Part shown: positions 61,501-64,000 of the stretch, in pieces
How positions within the stretch are numbered: the stretch's first letter is position 1
Layout: every line of letters starts with the position of its first letter
From: the human T2T-CHM13v2.0 reference genome, Homo sapiens
Strand: one strand, 5' to 3'
Assembly (NCBI RefSeq): GCF_009914755.1
Contig: NC_060930.1
DNA: 64,000 bases
Position numbers and translations under genes: made by a program
Notes under the pieces: generated by a model
Databases searched by the model: none
Seen by the model: only the letters and a program-made list of their open reading frames with translations
What the model was told of the DNA's origin: nothing

Positions 61501-63265
61501 AGTACTGCCTGGATAAACCTGCTTCTCTATTTGAACTCTCTGATTTGTCCCATACTTACTACTCCTTTCCAAAAAGAATTTCTTTACTTTGATTTAAAAA
61601 CCATGTGCTCAAGGCACTCGTGAAGACCTCTGAGCCAACAGAATATGGATTTGTTCTTTTTGCTCGTTTAATTATGTGCCATGTAACCAATATAAATGTA
61701 GCATACAAACCACACCACATTCATGGACCTGATTGCTTCTGGAAGCCAGTGGCTACATCTTCATAATATATTTGTGGTTGTCAGTAGGCAGAGGTTATAT
61801 TTACTCCAAGGAACATAAGACAGAAATGCAAAGTAAATGAATTCTGACCTCATAAGTTCAGAATGCATAAAATCAGAAATAGATATAAAACCTTTTGTTT
61901 CTTGGTTTAATATTTTGGCACTATTTTTCCTTTAACTTTTTATACATCTGCAGCATTTGCTATGATCTAGATTACTTGGAAAAGATGAGTCTAGAAGTGA
62001 CTGTCTTCTTTTAAAGTCTGCTGAATATAGTCCTATGTGGATAGTAGAAACAATAAAATAAAGTGTTCTCTTAAGGAGGTGGAAGCCTACATATGGAGAG
62101 ATTTAATAGAAATTAGTCCCAGTACTGCAAAATCAGTAGTGCATATAATGTCTCATGCTTTTAATACTTATATGTTGGACATTTTAGTGTGATTTACAGA
62201 AAACTGTTACTGTCAATAAAGCGTAGAAAATGAAGAAAAGATTGCTATAGTATAAAATAATATGTCAAAAATAAAGCTGTCAATATACCTCAATCCCCCT
62301 TTATAGTATGGTATTATATAGTACTTGCCCATATATGGACTAAAAGCACTGTGGCTTTACACGTGGAGACTCAAAAGAGACTTTAATGGTGATTAATGCT
62401 AATTCTAAATATATAGATATATATATATTCTTGATGAATGCAAAATCTACTTAATAAGATGATTTAAAATGTTCAAAAGAGTCTTATACAAATTTAAAAC
62501 CTGCTTTCTTTGAAAAATTAAACTTGTTCCCTTTTTAAAAATGACATCATCCAAGATGTGTTTTTAATCAATTATCATTGCCGATAATTCAGAGGGCAAC
62601 ATGTATGGAAAAACAATGGCATGATTAACTAGGCGCTGACTTTGTATCATGGCACTGGTCCAGGGAGAGCTTATTAGTTTTAGCTAGCAGTAAATATAAA
62701 GCCAAGGGCATCATAAATCACAACAGTAGGATTAATCTGAATATGAATCAGGCATATGGGTAAAACTGAGACATTCCTAGTTAGTTTAAAAACAAAGATA
62801 TGAGGCCAGTGAAGAGGAAATAATAATTTTCATACCCAGGTCTATGAACAATCCTTTTCATTTTATCTAGAATTTCAAACTAAAGAAAATGGTCCTTCTG
62901 TTTAATTGAGAATTTTCGTTAATTAAATAACTCAGAAACATAAGCACCTAAGATTGCTTCTGATTCAGGTCAGGGTGAAAATCTTTGCAGGGGAGATATA
63001 TGTATTTTGCTTCTTAAAATGTTTTGTTGAGTCATATCATTAGATGCCTGGGGAGTCAGTGTAACTTAGTTATGCATAGTTTTAGCCCCATAAACTCATT
63101 TGGTTTAGTTTACCTGGCTCACCAGATATTTTCATTATCACAAAAATATCATGACCCATGCTTTGCTATGCCAGCCAATTAATGGGCTCAACCATATTAG
63201 ACAATGATAGAAAATGGACTGCATAAATTTTTGAGCCCCATTTTGATTAATCTCTAATACACACA

Positions 63266-63642
63266 CGTATTAGTCCATTCTTGCATTTCTATAAAGAACT
63301 ACCTGAGACTGGGTAACTTATAAAGAAAAGAGGTTTCATTGACACAGTTCTGCAAGCTGTACAGGAAGCATGGCTGGAGAAGCCTCCTGAAACTTACAAT
63401 CATGGCAGAAGTTGAAGGGGAAGCAAGCAGGTCTTACATGGCAGGAGCAGGAGAAAGAGAAGGAGGTGGGCAGGTGCTGCACACTTTTAAACAAGCAGAT
63501 CTTGTGAGAACTCTATCATGAGAACAGCAAGGGGGAAGTCCACCCCCATAATTCAATCACTTCCCACCAGTCCCCTCTGCTAACACTGAAAATTACAGTT
63601 CAACATGAGATTTGAATGGGAATACAGAGTTAAACCATATCA
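63266..63642 (-). mobile_element. MSTA/THE1D-like MaLR solo LTR
   Basis: gtattagtccattc...ctgagactgggtaac...aaaccatatca; 5-bp TSD acaca at 63261-63265 and 63643-63647. Confidence 0.9.
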
Positions 63643-64000
63643 ACACACATGCGCTTAATCAGTATTTTTTAAAGAGCCTTATGTCATGACACTTTTAAAC
63701 TTATTTTTCACATGTAGAAGGAATATTATAAGAGTTTGCTGCATTTGGGGTTGGCAATAGATGTTTTTCCTAACTGTCATGAATATGTTCATCTTAGTTT
63801 GCAACACTTGATCATGAGCCAGAATCCACATGTTTGAGTTTGTATACTTTGTGTTTTCCAGACATCTATCTATGGTAATATGGTCATCAGAGGAAGATGG
63901 AAGAGGGAAAATGCCATCTATGACCCCAAGTCATTATTTGGCTTTATGGTAGAATAGCAAGAATACAATTATTTTAGTAAATATAGTTTTCTTTTTAATT

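Overview
AT-rich, CpG-depleted primate genomic DNA, very probably human or another hominoid because it carries AluY-like elements and an L1PA3-like insertion. It reads as deep intronic or intergenic sequence. I recognise no protein-coding exon, RNA gene or CpG-island promoter. The interpretable ORFs come from Alu, L1, LTR or simple-repeat sequence; the other short ORFs resemble nothing I know. The window holds 15 dimeric Alus and one monomer, and a young 5'-inverted L1 with a 13-bp target-site duplication (TSD). It also holds old L1M, L2 and MIR fragments, MaLR/ERV solo LTRs, DNA-transposon fossils and a ~750-bp alternating purine/pyrimidine minisatellite. I found no evidence of a new multi-gene biological system. 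The most interesting signals are structural. They are a ~250-bp branched ancient palindrome (38445-38698), several locally templated insertions or template-switch scars, a traceable origin of the minisatellite, and a few splice-signal clusters, including a candidate 3-nt microexon. Repeat subfamily names were assigned by eye from remembered consensus sequences and need RepeatMasker/Dfam confirmation. Boundaries of the old repeats are approximate.
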